Part shown: one piece after another, positions 8,928-18,605 of the stretch
How the letters are laid out: each line of letters begins with the position of its first letter
How positions within the stretch are numbered: position 1 is the first letter of the stretch
NCBI GenBank assembly: GCA_963422375.2
Contig: OY729428.2
Span: 2,880,001 to 2,944,000, forward strand
Length of the DNA stretch: 64,000 bases
From: Bryobacterales bacterium
GTDB lineage: Bacteria > Acidobacteriota > Terriglobia > Bryobacterales > UBA6623
Direction of reading: 5' to 3'
Program-made: the position numbers and the translations under genes
The notes under the pieces: generated by a model
What the model was told of the DNA's origin: nothing
Database searches by the model: none
What the model saw: only the letters and a program-made list of their open reading frames with translations

Positions 8928-10889
8928 GTGCGGATTCACCTCATCGCGGTCGCGGCGGGCCTAGCCGGTCACCTCTGCGCCGAAGACCTCCACCGGGTGC
9001 GCTACGGCAACCCGGGATTGGAGGTCGACCTCGGCGTGGGGCTGTGGGCGTGGCCCCTTCCGATGGACTACGACCGCGACGGAGATCTCGACCTCGTAGT
9101 CTCCAGCGGTGGCCTGCCGTACGAAGGCACGTACTACTTCGAGAACGCGTCCGGCCCGACATCGGAGGATCCCATGCCCGTCTTCCGGCCCGGGATCCGG
9201 GTCGGGGCGTACCGTACGAGCGCCCAGATCTCGCGCCCCGAAGGCCACCCGCCCGTCGTGACATCTCCGGGGCAGCGGCACGGCAGGTTCCGCGAGCGAG
9301 CCTTCGACGCCCCGGAGGAATTCCCGGTCGACTCCGAGACAGCGTACGCGTCCACGGGTCGTGTCCGGGCGAAGCAGTGGAAGCTGGCCGACTGGGAGGG
9401 CGACGGAGACCTAGACCTTCTGATCGGAGTCGGCGACTGGGGCGACTACGGCTGGGACGACGCCTACGACGAGACGGGGAAATGGACCAACGGCCCTCTT
9501 CACGGATGGGTCTTCCTCGCCCTGAGGCAGGCCGACGGCAGCTACGGCCGACCGGAGAAGTTGCTGGCGGGGAGCTCTCCCGTGGACGTGTACGGCATGC
9601 CCAGCCCCAGCCTGGCCGACTTCGATCGCGACGGCGACCTGGACCTGCTGTGCGGCGAGTTCCTCGACGGCTTCACCTACTTCGAGAACGTCGGCACTCG
9701 AGCCGTTCCCCGGCTCGCTCCCGGCAGGCGGCTCGAGAGCGAGGGACGGCCGCTGCGCATGGACCTGCAGATGATCACGCCCACGTCCCTGGACTGGGAC
9801 CTCGACGGCGACGAGGACCTGATCGTCGGCGACGAGGACGGCCGGGTCGCCTTCGTGGAGAACCTCGGGACCGTGACGGACGGACTGCCGGACTTCGCGC
9901 CGCCGAAGTACTTCCGGCAGCAGGCCGAGTTCGTCAAGTTCGGCGCGCTGGTGACGCCGCAGGGCGTGGACTGGGACGGCGACGGCGACGAGGACGTGAT
10001 TGCGGGCAACACCGCCGGCTACATCGGGCTGGTCGAGAACCTCGGCGGCTATCCCCCGCGGTTCGCCCGCCCGCGCCGACTGGAGGCGGGCGGGGAGACC
10101 ATCCGGATCCAAGCGGGCCCCGCCGGTTCGATCCAGGGACCGTGCGAGGCCAAGTGGGGCTACTCGACCGTTAGCGTGGCGGACTGGGACGGCGACGGAC
10201 TGGCAGACATCGTGGCCAATTCGATCTGGGGCCGGGTGGTTTGGTACCGCAACGCCGGGCACCCCGGGGCTCCGCGGCTGGAGAAGGCGCGTCCGGTGCA
10301 GGTGGAGTGGAATAGCGAGCCCAGGAGACCCGCGTGGAACTGGTGGAAGCCGGGCCGGACCGAGCTGGTCAGCCAGTGGCGCACCCGGCCGGTGCCGGTC
10401 GACTGGGACGGCGACGGGCTGATGGATCTCGTCATGCTCGACCACGAAGGGTACCTGGCGCTCTTCCGCAGGGTCCGGCGGGACGGGCGGCTGACTCTGC
10501 TGCCCGGCGCGAGGGCTTTCGATGCGCGGCCCGCGTCAGCCTATGACAACAAGCACAACGCGACGAACGACCTCGCCGGCCCGCTGCAGCTCAACGCGCG
10601 GCGGGCCGGAGGCAGCGGGCGCCGCAAGATCGCCCTAGTCGACTGGGACGGCGACGGCTCGCTGGACCTGCTGGTCAACAGCGCGAGCGTCAACTGGATG
10701 CGCAACCTTGGAACGCGGGACGGCCGCACAGAGTTCTCGAACGAAGGACCGCTCTCGAGGACCGCGCTGGCGGGGCACACGACCAGCCCGACCACCGTGG
10801 ACTGGAACGGCGACGGCAGGCGCGAATTGCTGGTCGGCGCGGAGGATGGCTACCTGTATTGGTCGGGCGCTCCGTCGCCCGAGCAGTGA
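8928..10889 (+). CDS. Secreted FG-GAP/VCBS-repeat protein
   Basis: Nine D-[WFY]-x-x-D-G-x-x-[DE] repeats. Signal-like N-terminus from GTG 8928. Confidence 0.85.
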   Translation: MRIHLIAVAAGLAGHLCAEDLHRVRYGNPGLEVDLGVGLWAWPLPMDYDRDGDLDLVVSSGGLPYEGTYYFENASGPTSEDPMPVFRPGIRVGAYRTSAQISRPEGHPPVVTSPGQRHGRFRERAFDAPEEFPVDSETAYASTGRVRAKQWKLADWEGDGDLDLLIGVGDWGDYGWDDAYDETGKWTNGPLHGWVFLALRQADGSYGRPEKLLAGSSPVDVYGMPSPSLADFDRDGDLDLLCGEFLDGFTYFENVGTRAVPRLAPGRRLESEGRPLRMDLQMITPTSLDWDLDGDEDLIVGDEDGRVAFVENLGTVTDGLPDFAPPKYFRQQAEFVKFGALVTPQGVDWDGDGDEDVIAGNTAGYIGLVENLGGYPPRFARPRRLEAGGETIRIQAGPAGSIQGPCEAKWGYSTVSVADWDGDGLADIVANSIWGRVVWYRNAGHPGAPRLEKARPVQVEWNSEPRRPAWNWWKPGRTELVSQWRTRPVPVDWDGDGLMDLVMLDHEGYLALFRRVRRDGRLTLLPGARAFDARPASAYDNKHNATNDLAGPLQLNARRAGGSGRRKIALVDWDGDGSLDLLVNSASVNWMRNLGTRDGRTEFSNEGPLSRTALAGHTTSPTTVDWNGDGRRELLVGAEDGYLYWSGAPSPEQ

Positions 10890-11243
10890 GCGGCGGGAGC
10901 GGTTTCCGGTCGGGCACCCGAACGGAGACAGCCGCTGCGCTCGGCGGGATCCCACGCGATCGGAGTCCCGGCTCGAGCTGGAGCTTGAGATCGCGACCGG
11001 CGTCGCAGCGAGCCCGCCCCGACCGGCGGCTCGGAGCGGGACAGCCCGCCCGAGTCCGCAATCCGTGGCTGCAGCGCGGAATGGATTCATCCTCCGCGAC
11101 AACGACAGCGGCCGCCATGCGCCGGGACTCCGATTCGCGGCGCATTCCGCCGGCTTCACAACGGCCCGCATCGAGCGCCCCGCGCGAAGAGAGCAAGATA
11201 GGGGCAGGCCTGTCCCTGGCCGGCCGGAGCGGCTCGGCGCCCC

Positions 11244-12764
11244 ATGCAGTTCTTGGATCGTCTCCGCGACACCCGTCGCAACAATCCTTCCAAGACCGCG
11301 ATCGACTTCCGCGGCCGAGCGGCGAGGCAGCTGCTGAGTTACGAGGCCCTGCACGCCGGCTCGGCTCGCGCGGCGGCTTGGCTCGCGCGGCAGGGCGTCC
11401 GCCCCGGCGACCGCGTCGCGACATGCCTGCCCAAGAGCGTCGCGGCCATCCAGTTGCACCTTGCGACGTGCGGCATGGGAGCGGTCTCCATGCCGCTCAA
11501 TCCGGCTTGCTCGCCCAGTGAAATCGAATACCTGCTGCGAGACTCCGAAGCCCGCCTGCTGGTTACGGAGCTGGGCTCCGAGCTGGTTACGGCGACCGGC
11601 CGCGGGCACTCCAGCGCCCTCGCCAAGGTCATCGCAATCGAATCGAGCCGGTTCGACGAGCAGCTGGAGGGCCCGGGCCTCAACCTCAGCCAAGTCGAGA
11701 TCTCGCCAAGCCAGACGGCCCTGATGCTCTACACGAGCGGCACGACCGGCCGGCCCAAGGGCGCCTGCATGTCGCATGCCAGCCTGACCGCCAACATGGA
11801 CATGCTGGACGAGGCGTGGCAGTGGTCGTCCGATGACGTCCTGCTCCACGCGCTGCCGATGTTCCACCTGCACGGCCTGCTGGTCGCGCTGCACGGAGCG
11901 CTCCACGCGGGAGCCGCGAGCGTTGTCCTGCCGTCCTTCGACGCGCAAACGGTCCTTGCAATCCTCCGCGGAGGGGAATGCACGGTCTTCATGGCCGTGC
12001 CCACCATGTACCGCCGCATCCTGCGAGCCCTCGGGGACGCCCCCACGAGCCTCGAGGGAGTCCGGCTGCTCACCTCCGGGTCGGACCGCTTGCCGGTGGA
12101 CACATTCCTGAGAATCGAGCGGCAGCTTGGCATGCGGGCGGTGGAGCGCTACGGCATGACCGAAACGGGCATCATGCTGTCGAATCCGATCGACGGAGAG
12201 CGCGTGGCCGGGCAGGTCGGCGTGCCGCTGCCGGGCGTTGAGATGCGCATCGTTGGCCCGGAGACCGGCCTCCTCGCGCGAACCGGCGAGGTCGGAGAGT
12301 TGCAGACCCGCGGCCCGCACGTGTTCAAGGGCTACTGGAGAGATCCCGACAAGACGCGGCGGGCCTTCGCGGACGATGGCTGGTTCAGCACGGGCGACCT
12401 GGGGTTGCGCGACCGGGACGGGCGATACGAGCTCAAGGGGCGTTCGACGGACCTGATCATCAGCGGGGGCTTCAATGTGTACCCTTCGGAGGTCGAGCGC
12501 GCCCTCTCGGCGCATCCGGACGTGGACCAGTGCGCCGTGGTGGGGCTGCCCGACGAGGAGTGGGGCGAGTGCGTGACGGCGTTCGTGGTGACCCGCTCCG
12601 CCAGCCTCGATGGGTCCGAACTGGTCGCTCGCGGCCGGCGGTCGCTCGCGGCGTACAAGGTGCCCAAGCGCGTGGTGTTCGTCGACGCGCTGCCGCGGAA
12701 CGCCATGGGGAAGGTGCAGAAGAAGGCCCTCCGGGATGGGTCGTGGCCGTCTGCCAGCGACTGA
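11244..12764 (+). CDS. Acyl-CoA synthetase (malonyl-CoA synthetase/MatB-like)
   Basis: AMP-binding motifs YTSGTTGRPKG, ERYGMTE, TGDLG, GRSTDLIISGGFNVYP, PRNAMGKVQK. Confidence 0.9.
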   Translation: MQFLDRLRDTRRNNPSKTAIDFRGRAARQLLSYEALHAGSARAAAWLARQGVRPGDRVATCLPKSVAAIQLHLATCGMGAVSMPLNPACSPSEIEYLLRDSEARLLVTELGSELVTATGRGHSSALAKVIAIESSRFDEQLEGPGLNLSQVEISPSQTALMLYTSGTTGRPKGACMSHASLTANMDMLDEAWQWSSDDVLLHALPMFHLHGLLVALHGALHAGAASVVLPSFDAQTVLAILRGGECTVFMAVPTMYRRILRALGDAPTSLEGVRLLTSGSDRLPVDTFLRIERQLGMRAVERYGMTETGIMLSNPIDGERVAGQVGVPLPGVEMRIVGPETGLLARTGEVGELQTRGPHVFKGYWRDPDKTRRAFADDGWFSTGDLGLRDRDGRYELKGRSTDLIISGGFNVYPSEVERALSAHPDVDQCAVVGLPDEEWGECVTAFVVTRSASLDGSELVARGRRSLAAYKVPKRVVFVDALPRNAMGKVQKKALRDGSWPSASD

Positions 12765-12867
12765 GATCGAAGCCAGTCGGCCGGGGCCGCCGCCGAGCAA
12801 GTTCCGGGCCGGCTCCCGTCCGAAGCGCCCCGGCACGGGCGAGGGGCCGTTTGCGCACCGTTCGGGA

Positions 12868-12876
12868 TGATATTCT
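12868..12876 (+). promoter_or_regulatory. Possible extended -10 promoter of kdgK
   Basis: TGaTATTCT about 50 nt upstream of ATG 12928, in GC-rich context. Confidence 0.35.
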
Positions 12877-12927
12877 GGGAAATTCAACCTGACCGCGGCC
12901 CGAAGCGACTCGCGGAACATTCGAATC

Positions 12928-13965
12928 ATGGCCAGAGTGGTGACATTCGGCGAGATCATGCTGCGTCTCGCCCCCCCGAATCTAGAACGGCCGTTGCAGT
13001 CGCAATGCTTCGTGGCCACGTTCGGGGGCGGCGAGGCCAACGTGGCCGTATCGACTGCGAACTACGGGATCCCCACTGCCTTCGTCACCGCTCTGCCCGA
13101 TGGCAACTTCTTGGCGGACGGCTGCATCGCCCAGCTCCGGGGTCTCGGCATCGATTGCGACCGGATCGTTCGCCAGCCCGGCCGGGTAGGCATCTACTTC
13201 CTCGAGACCGGCGCCAACCAGCGACCGTCCAAGGTCCAGTACGACCGCGCAGGCAGTTCCATCGCCCTCGCGCGCCCCGGCGATTTCGACTGGGACGCGA
13301 TCTTCGACGGGGCGACCTGGTTTCACATCACGGGGATCACGCCGGCTCTCAGCCCGGGATGCGCCGACCTCTCGGTCGAGGCCGTCCGCGCGGCGAAGGA
13401 GAAGGGCCTGACGGTCTCGTGCGACTACAACTTCCGGAAGAAGCTCTGGAAGTACGGCAGGTCGGCTCCCGAGGTTATGGCCGAAATCGTCCGCTACGTG
13501 GACGTGGGCGTCGCGAACGAGGAGGACTGCCAGAAGTCCCTCGGCGTGTCCGTCGAAGAGGTCGACGTCGAATCCGGCAGCCTCGACCTGGGCCGGTACG
13601 AGCAATTGGCACTGAAGGTCCTCGACACGTTCCCGAACCTGAAGATGCAGGCCATCACCCTGCGGGAATCGGTCTCGGCCTCGCACAACGGCTGGTCCGC
13701 CTGCCTGCACGACCGGTCGCGATTCCGCGTTAGCCGCAAGTACCAGATCACAAACATCGTGGATCGCGTCGGCGGGGGCGACGCGTTCTCAGGGGGCCTG
13801 ATCGGCGGGCTCCACCTGTTCCCCGACGACCTCGCCGAGGCTCTGGACTTCGCCGTCGCGGCGTCCTGCCTCAAGCACTCCGTGCCGGGCGACTTCAACC
13901 GTTTCTCCGCCTCGGAGGTCCTGGCGCTGTCGCGGGGCGGCGGTTCCGGGCGCGTCGAGCGCTGA
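12928..13965 (+). CDS. kdgK: 2-keto-3-deoxygluconate kinase (PfkB family)
   Basis: [56 protein letters not shown]-terminus. Confidence 0.88.
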   Translation: MARVVTFGEIMLRLAPPNLERPLQSQCFVATFGGGEANVAVSTANYGIPTAFVTALPDGNFLADGCIAQLRGLGIDCDRIVRQPGRVGIYFLETGANQRPSKVQYDRAGSSIALARPGDFDWDAIFDGATWFHITGITPALSPGCADLSVEAVRAAKEKGLTVSCDYNFRKKLWKYGRSAPEVMAEIVRYVDVGVANEEDCQKSLGVSVEEVDVESGSLDLGRYEQLALKVLDTFPNLKMQAITLRESVSASHNGWSACLHDRSRFRVSRKYQITNIVDRVGGGDAFSGGLIGGLHLFPDDLAEALDFAVAASCLKHSVPGDFNRFSASEVLALSRGGGSGRVER

Positions 13966-13976
13966 GAGACGGCGGC

Positions 13977-14660
13977 CTAGCCGTAGACGTAGAGAAAGAC
14001 CTGCTTCAGGTCCTGGAAGGCCTGGCGCCGGGCCTCCTTGCTGTAGCCTCGCACGAGGTAGGACGGATGAAAGGTCGGCATCACGCGGATGCCGTCGCTT
14101 TCCTGCCACTTGCCTCGCAAGGCGGTGATGCCCACGCTCGCCTTGAGCAGGGCCTTGGCCGCCGTGCCGCCCAGCACGCAGATCGCCTTCGGACTGATTG
14201 CGCGAATCTGGCGCGCGACGAACTGGCCGCAGATCTCCATCTCGTCCGGCTCGGGCGTCCGGTTCTTCGGCGGGCGGCACTTGACGATATTGCAGATATA
14301 GACGTCCGGCCGGCGGACCGGCAGGCCGAGCCGCTCGCAGGTTCCGTCGATCATCCTAGTCAGCAGCTGCCCCGCCCTGCCCACGAACGGCAGGCCTTGG
14401 GCGTCCTCGTCGGCCCCCGGTCCCTCGCCGACGAACACCAGGCGGGCGTTCGGGTTCCCGCTGCCGAAGACGATGTTGGTCCGCCCCTGGTGCAGCCGGC
14501 AGCGCGTGCAGTCCCCGATGTCGACCTGGATCGCCTGCAGTGCGGCTTCGGACTGGCCCGCGGCCGCTTCCCGAGCGGGCTCGGCCGCGTCGATATACAG
14601 ATCCGTGATGCCGAGATCCCGGTAGAACTCCAGGTACGCCCGAATCTGCTCGGACGACAT
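13977..14660 (-). CDS. Uracil-DNA glycosylase, family 4
   Basis: CTRCRL Fe-S ligands, GEGPGADED, PFVGRAGQLL, NIVKCRPP, TFHPSYL. Confidence 0.93.
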   Translation of the reverse strand: MSSEQIRAYLEFYRDLGITDLYIDAAEPAREAAAGQSEAALQAIQVDIGDCTRCRLHQGRTNIVFGSGNPNARLVFVGEGPGADEDAQGLPFVGRAGQLLTRMIDGTCERLGLPVRRPDVYICNIVKCRPPKNRTPEPDEMEICGQFVARQIRAISPKAICVLGGTAAKALLKASVGITALRGKWQESDGIRVMPTFHPSYLVRGYSKEARRQAFQDLKQVFLYVYG

Positions 14661-14665
14661 CGGGC

Positions 14666-15901
14666 CTAGGCCAGCCGTTGTGCCGCAACAACGGCAGAGC
14701 GCCGCGCGCGAGCGGCGAAGTCGAAGATACGGGCGGCCATCGTCGCTTTCGCCATGGGCTCCAGCCGGAGAGTCTCCCCTGTTGCGGCGAGCAGCAAGCC
14801 CTGGTTCCGCTCGGACTCGAAGCCCGTGTTCCCGCCGACGGGGTTGGCCACCACGAGGTCGCAGCCCTTGGCCTCCAGCTTGCGGCGCGCGTTCGATTCC
14901 AGGCTGTCTGTCTCCGCCGCGAAGCCGATAACGAACCGCCGACCCTTCCCGCCGGCGACAGCGGCGAGGATGTCGGGCGTCTCCTCGAGCCGGATCTCCG
15001 GCAAGCCGTCCCTTCTCTTCAGCTTCCTCGCGGCGGCGGACACGGGGCGGTAGTCCGCCACGGCCGCAGCCATCACCGCCACATCGACCTCAGGCAGGCG
15101 CCCCAGCACGGCAGCCTGCATTTCCAGTGACGACTCGACATCGACCCGCTCGCAACCTTGCGGCGTGGGCAGCGCTACCGGCCCGGCCACCAAGATCACC
15201 CGCGCGCCGCGCCGCGCCGCCTCCTCGGCGAGAGCGAAGCCCATGCGACCGCTCGAGCGGTTGGAGATGTACCTGACGGGATCGAGGCTCTCTCTGGTCG
15301 GCCCGGCGGTGACCAGCACGCATTCGCCTCGCAATTCGCCCGGCCCGCGCAGGGCGTCCCGGACAGCGGCCACGATGCTCTCGGTCTCGGCCAGGCGTCC
15401 GGTACCGACGGCGCCGCAGGCCAGCTCGCCCGCGCCCGGATCGACGACCCGCGCCCCCCGGGCCCGCAGCAGGGCCAGGTTCTCCCGGGTGGCCGGATGC
15501 TCCCACATGCCCGTGTTCATGGCCGGCGCCAGCACGAGCGGCCCCTTGAAGGCCAGGTGCGCCGTAGTCAGGAAATCGTCCGCCAGACCTTGGGCGAACC
15601 GGGCCAGGACATCGGCCGTGGCCGGCGCCACGACCAAGACGTCGGCCCGCTGCGCGAGCTCGATGTGGGCGATCGCGCTATGCAGCGTCTCGTCCGCGGA
15701 CGAGGCTGCGAACAGGTCCGTCACGACCCGGTTGCCTGTCAGGGCGGCCAGCGTGAGCGGGGCGACGAACTTCGTCGCGGCCCGCGTCATGACCGCCCGC
15801 ACGTCGCACCCCTCGGACATCAGGGCGCGCGCCAGTTCGGCCGACTTGTAGGCGGCGACGCCGCCCGACACTCCGAGAAGGACCGTGGCATCCGCGCCCA
15901 T
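14666..15901 (-). CDS. coaBC: Phosphopantothenoylcysteine decarboxylase/synthetase
   Basis: GGVAAYK, APAMNTGM, GELACG..GTGRL, TAGPTRESLDPVRYISNRSSGRMG, GFAAET. Confidence 0.96.
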   Translation of the reverse strand: MGADATVLLGVSGGVAAYKSAELARALMSEGCDVRAVMTRAATKFVAPLTLAALTGNRVVTDLFAASSADETLHSAIAHIELAQRADVLVVAPATADVLARFAQGLADDFLTTAHLAFKGPLVLAPAMNTGMWEHPATRENLALLRARGARVVDPGAGELACGAVGTGRLAETESIVAAVRDALRGPGELRGECVLVTAGPTRESLDPVRYISNRSSGRMGFALAEEAARRGARVILVAGPVALPTPQGCERVDVESSLEMQAAVLGRLPEVDVAVMAAAVADYRPVSAAARKLKRRDGLPEIRLEETPDILAAVAGGKGRRFVIGFAAETDSLESNARRKLEAKGCDLVVANPVGGNTGFESERNQGLLLAATGETLRLEPMAKATMAARIFDFAARARRSAVVAAQRLA

Positions 15902-16008
15902 TCCAAGCCAGCCCGCCTATCCAGTATAGGAACGGCACCACCGGCGGCGGAACGGCCGCGGTACGCGCCGCCCGGGCGGCCAGGGCCCTTCGCGCCCGGA
16001 GGCCGGCG

Positions 16009-18015
16009 CTAGGCGCCCGCCCCGACCGCAGCCCCGACAGCGGACTCTCCCTTGAGCTCGCGAATCCGGTCTCGCAGGTTCGCGGCCTTCTCGAACTCGA
16101 ACTTGGCGGCCGCCTCCCGCATCCTTCCCTCCAAGTCCGCGACGAGCGCCTCCAGGTCCTGGGCCGTTCGCGGCTCCTCGTCGGCTCGGTCCGCCGTCAC
16201 GTCCACATAGTCGGCGTCGATGATCCGGGCCAGCGACATTTCCACCGGCTTGACGATCGTCTCGGGGGTGATGCCGTGCGCGTCGTTGTAGCGCTGCTGC
16301 AATTCCCTGCGGCGGGAAGTCTCCCCCATGGCCTGGCTCATGCTGTCGGTCATGCGGTCGGCGTAGAGAATCGCCTTGCCGTTGACGTTGCGGGCGGCGC
16401 GCCCCATCGTCTGGATCAGCGACCCGGTCGAGCGCAGGAAGCCCTCCTTGTCCGCGTCGAGAATCGCCACGAGGGACACCTCGGGCAGGTCGAGCCCCTC
16501 TCGCAGCAGGTTGATGCCCACGAGCAGGTCGAACTCGCCCCGGCGCAGGTCCCGGAGAATCTTGACCCGCTCCAGCGTGTCCACCTCGGAATGCATGTAG
16601 CGGCAGCGTACGCCGGCCTCGGCGTAGTACTCGGAGAGATCCTCCGCCATCCTCTTGGTGAGCGTGGTCACGAGGACCCTCTCGCCCGCAGCCGCCCGAG
16701 CCCGGATTTCCGACAATAGGTCGTCTACCTGCCCCTTGACCGGCCGGACGTCCACTACCGGATCCAGCAGGCCTGTCGGGCGAATCACCTGCTCCGCGAT
16801 AACGCCCGCCGACTTGGTCAGCTCGTACGGAGCCGGAGTGGCGGAGACGTAGATCAGCTGAAACGGCCGGTCTTCGAACTCCGCGAAGGTGAGCGGGCGG
16901 TTGTCGAGCGCGCTGGGCAAGCGGAAGCCGTGCTCGATCAGCTTCTGCTTGCGCGACCGGTCACCGTGGAACATGGCGCGCACTTGGGGGATCGTCTGGT
17001 GGGACTCGTCAACGAACAGCAGGGTGTCGCTGTGGAGGTAGTCCAGCAGCGTGGGAGGCGGATCGCCCGGCTTGCGCCCCGAGAAGTGCCGGGAATAGTT
17101 CTCGATCCCGTGACAGTACCCGATCTCGCGCATCATCTCCAAGTCGAATTGCGTCCGCTGGCTGAGGCGCTGCGCCTCGAGCAGCTTGCCGTTCTTAACG
17201 AGCTCGCCGCACCACCAGTCCATTTCCTCAGTGATGCTGTCCAGCGCCTTCTGCTTCGCCTCGTCCGACATGACGTAGTGGCTGGCGGGAAAGATCGGCA
17301 GGCGCTGGTAGGTCCGCCTCACTTGGCCGAGCAGGGGGTCGAACTGCGCCAGGGAATCGATTTCATCGCCCCACAGCTCGACGCGGTAGGGGTAGTCGTC
17401 GTATGGGGGGAAGATCTCGATGACGTCCCCGGTCATGCGGAACGAGCCGCGCTCGAAGTCGCCGCCGTCCTTGCGGTTGTAGAGGATCTTGACGAGATTC
17501 AGGGCGATGTCCTTGCGGGACATCCGCTTGCCCTTCTCGAGCATCAGCATCATGTTGTAGTAGGCGTCAGGGGACCCTAGGCCGTAGATGCAACTGACGC
17601 TGGCGACGATCAGGCAATCGCGCCGCTCGAAGAGCGATTTCGTGGCGGATAGGCGCAGCTTGCTGAGGTCCTCGTTGATCGTCGCCTCCTTCTCGATATA
17701 GGTGTCGCTGGAGGGCAGGTAGGCCTCGGGCTGGTAGTAGTCGTAGTAGCTGACGAAGTACTCGACGGCGCTGTCGGGGAAGAACGACTTGAACTCGTGG
17801 TAAAGCTGCGCGGCGAGCGTCTTGTTGTGCGCCAGCACGAGCGTCGGGCGCTGGACGGCTTCGATGACCTTGGCAACGGTGAAGGTCTTGCCGGATCCCG
17901 TGACGCCGAGCAGAACCTGGTGGGCGTCCCCGCTCTCGACGCCGTGGACGAGCTGCTGGAGGGCCGTGGTCTGGTCGCCGCGGGGGCTGTATTCCGAGGC
18001 CAGCCGGAAGGCCAT
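16009..18015 (-). CDS. uvrB: Excinuclease ABC subunit B
   Basis: [46 protein letters not shown]-terminal UVR coil. Start at MAFRL. Confidence 0.98.
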   Translation of the reverse strand: MAFRLASEYSPRGDQTTALQQLVHGVESGDAHQVLLGVTGSGKTFTVAKVIEAVQRPTLVLAHNKTLAAQLYHEFKSFFPDSAVEYFVSYYDYYQPEAYLPSSDTYIEKEATINEDLSKLRLSATKSLFERRDCLIVASVSCIYGLGSPDAYYNMMLMLEKGKRMSRKDIALNLVKILYNRKDGGDFERGSFRMTGDVIEIFPPYDDYPYRVELWGDEIDSLAQFDPLLGQVRRTYQRLPIFPASHYVMSDEAKQKALDSITEEMDWWCGELVKNGKLLEAQRLSQRTQFDLEMMREIGYCHGIENYSRHFSGRKPGDPPPTLLDYLHSDTLLFVDESHQTIPQVRAMFHGDRSRKQKLIEHGFRLPSALDNRPLTFAEFEDRPFQLIYVSATPAPYELTKSAGVIAEQVIRPTGLLDPVVDVRPVKGQVDDLLSEIRARAAAGERVLVTTLTKRMAEDLSEYYAEAGVRCRYMHSEVDTLERVKILRDLRRGEFDLLVGINLLREGLDLPEVSLVAILDADKEGFLRSTGSLIQTMGRAARNVNGKAILYADRMTDSMSQAMGETSRRRELQQRYNDAHGITPETIVKPVEMSLARIIDADYVDVTADRADEEPRTAQDLEALVADLEGRMREAAAKFEFEKAANLRDRIRELKGESAVGAAVGAGA

Positions 18016-18022
18016 CCAGACA

Positions 18023-18028
18023 AGTTTA
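18023..18028 (-). promoter_or_regulatory. Possible -10 box for a leaderless uvrB transcript
   Basis: TAAACT lies 7 nt before the ATG and no Shine-Dalgarno sequence is present. Confidence 0.4.
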
Positions 18029-18099
18029 CCCGCGCCCGGCCGGTCTGCCGCCGACCGCCATGGACCCCGCCGCCGGCCCTTGGTCGGCTTGTGCGGATT

Positions 18100-18377
18100 C
18101 GACGCCCGGAACCGCTTGCGCTGCTTCGCGACGGCGATGAGTCTCCCCCGGTCGACAACCACCTAGGCGTCCAAGCGGACCGCGATCCTGCGGTACTCGC
18201 CGGGAGGGAGTTCGCGCCGAGCGCAAGGGCGCGCCTTCTTGGCCATGAAATACTTCTTGGCGCCGCCATGGTCGATGATGCTGGCCTACTCTGCATCACG
18301 ACGTCGATCAGGTCCTGCCGGATGCCGCGCTGCGGGCGCCTCGCGTCCGCGTGCCGCGACTCCGTATAGCGCCCCAC
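18100..18377 (-). pseudogene. Decayed small DUF4258-like protein gene
   Basis: SRHADARRPQRGIRQDLIDVVM, then a frameshift to DHGGAKKYFM..., then a stop, then [13 protein letters not shown]. Confidence 0.45.
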
Positions 18378-18605
18378 CCGCAGGCCCTTCTCGCGCGGAC
18401 TCTTCGGCATGGAGCGGCCCCGTAGGCCCAACGCACCCGCCGGCCGGACCTGCGAACCTCACCGCGGGATCGATCTCGGTCGAGCAGGCTGTACCATAGG
18501 ACGCCGGGATTGGAAACGATGCGCCGCCATCCAAGTGGCCGGAGCGAGGTCAGTCGAATGCCAGATGATCCCGATTGGCTGGTTCAGGGCCAGGGCAGTA
18601 GCGCA

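Noticed and set aside
10635..13040. 801-aa minus-strand ORF and similar long ORFs (8795-10174, 29129-31072, 49317-50774)
   Set aside because: These are Arg/Pro/Gly-rich shadow frames of recognisable genes, expected at high GC.
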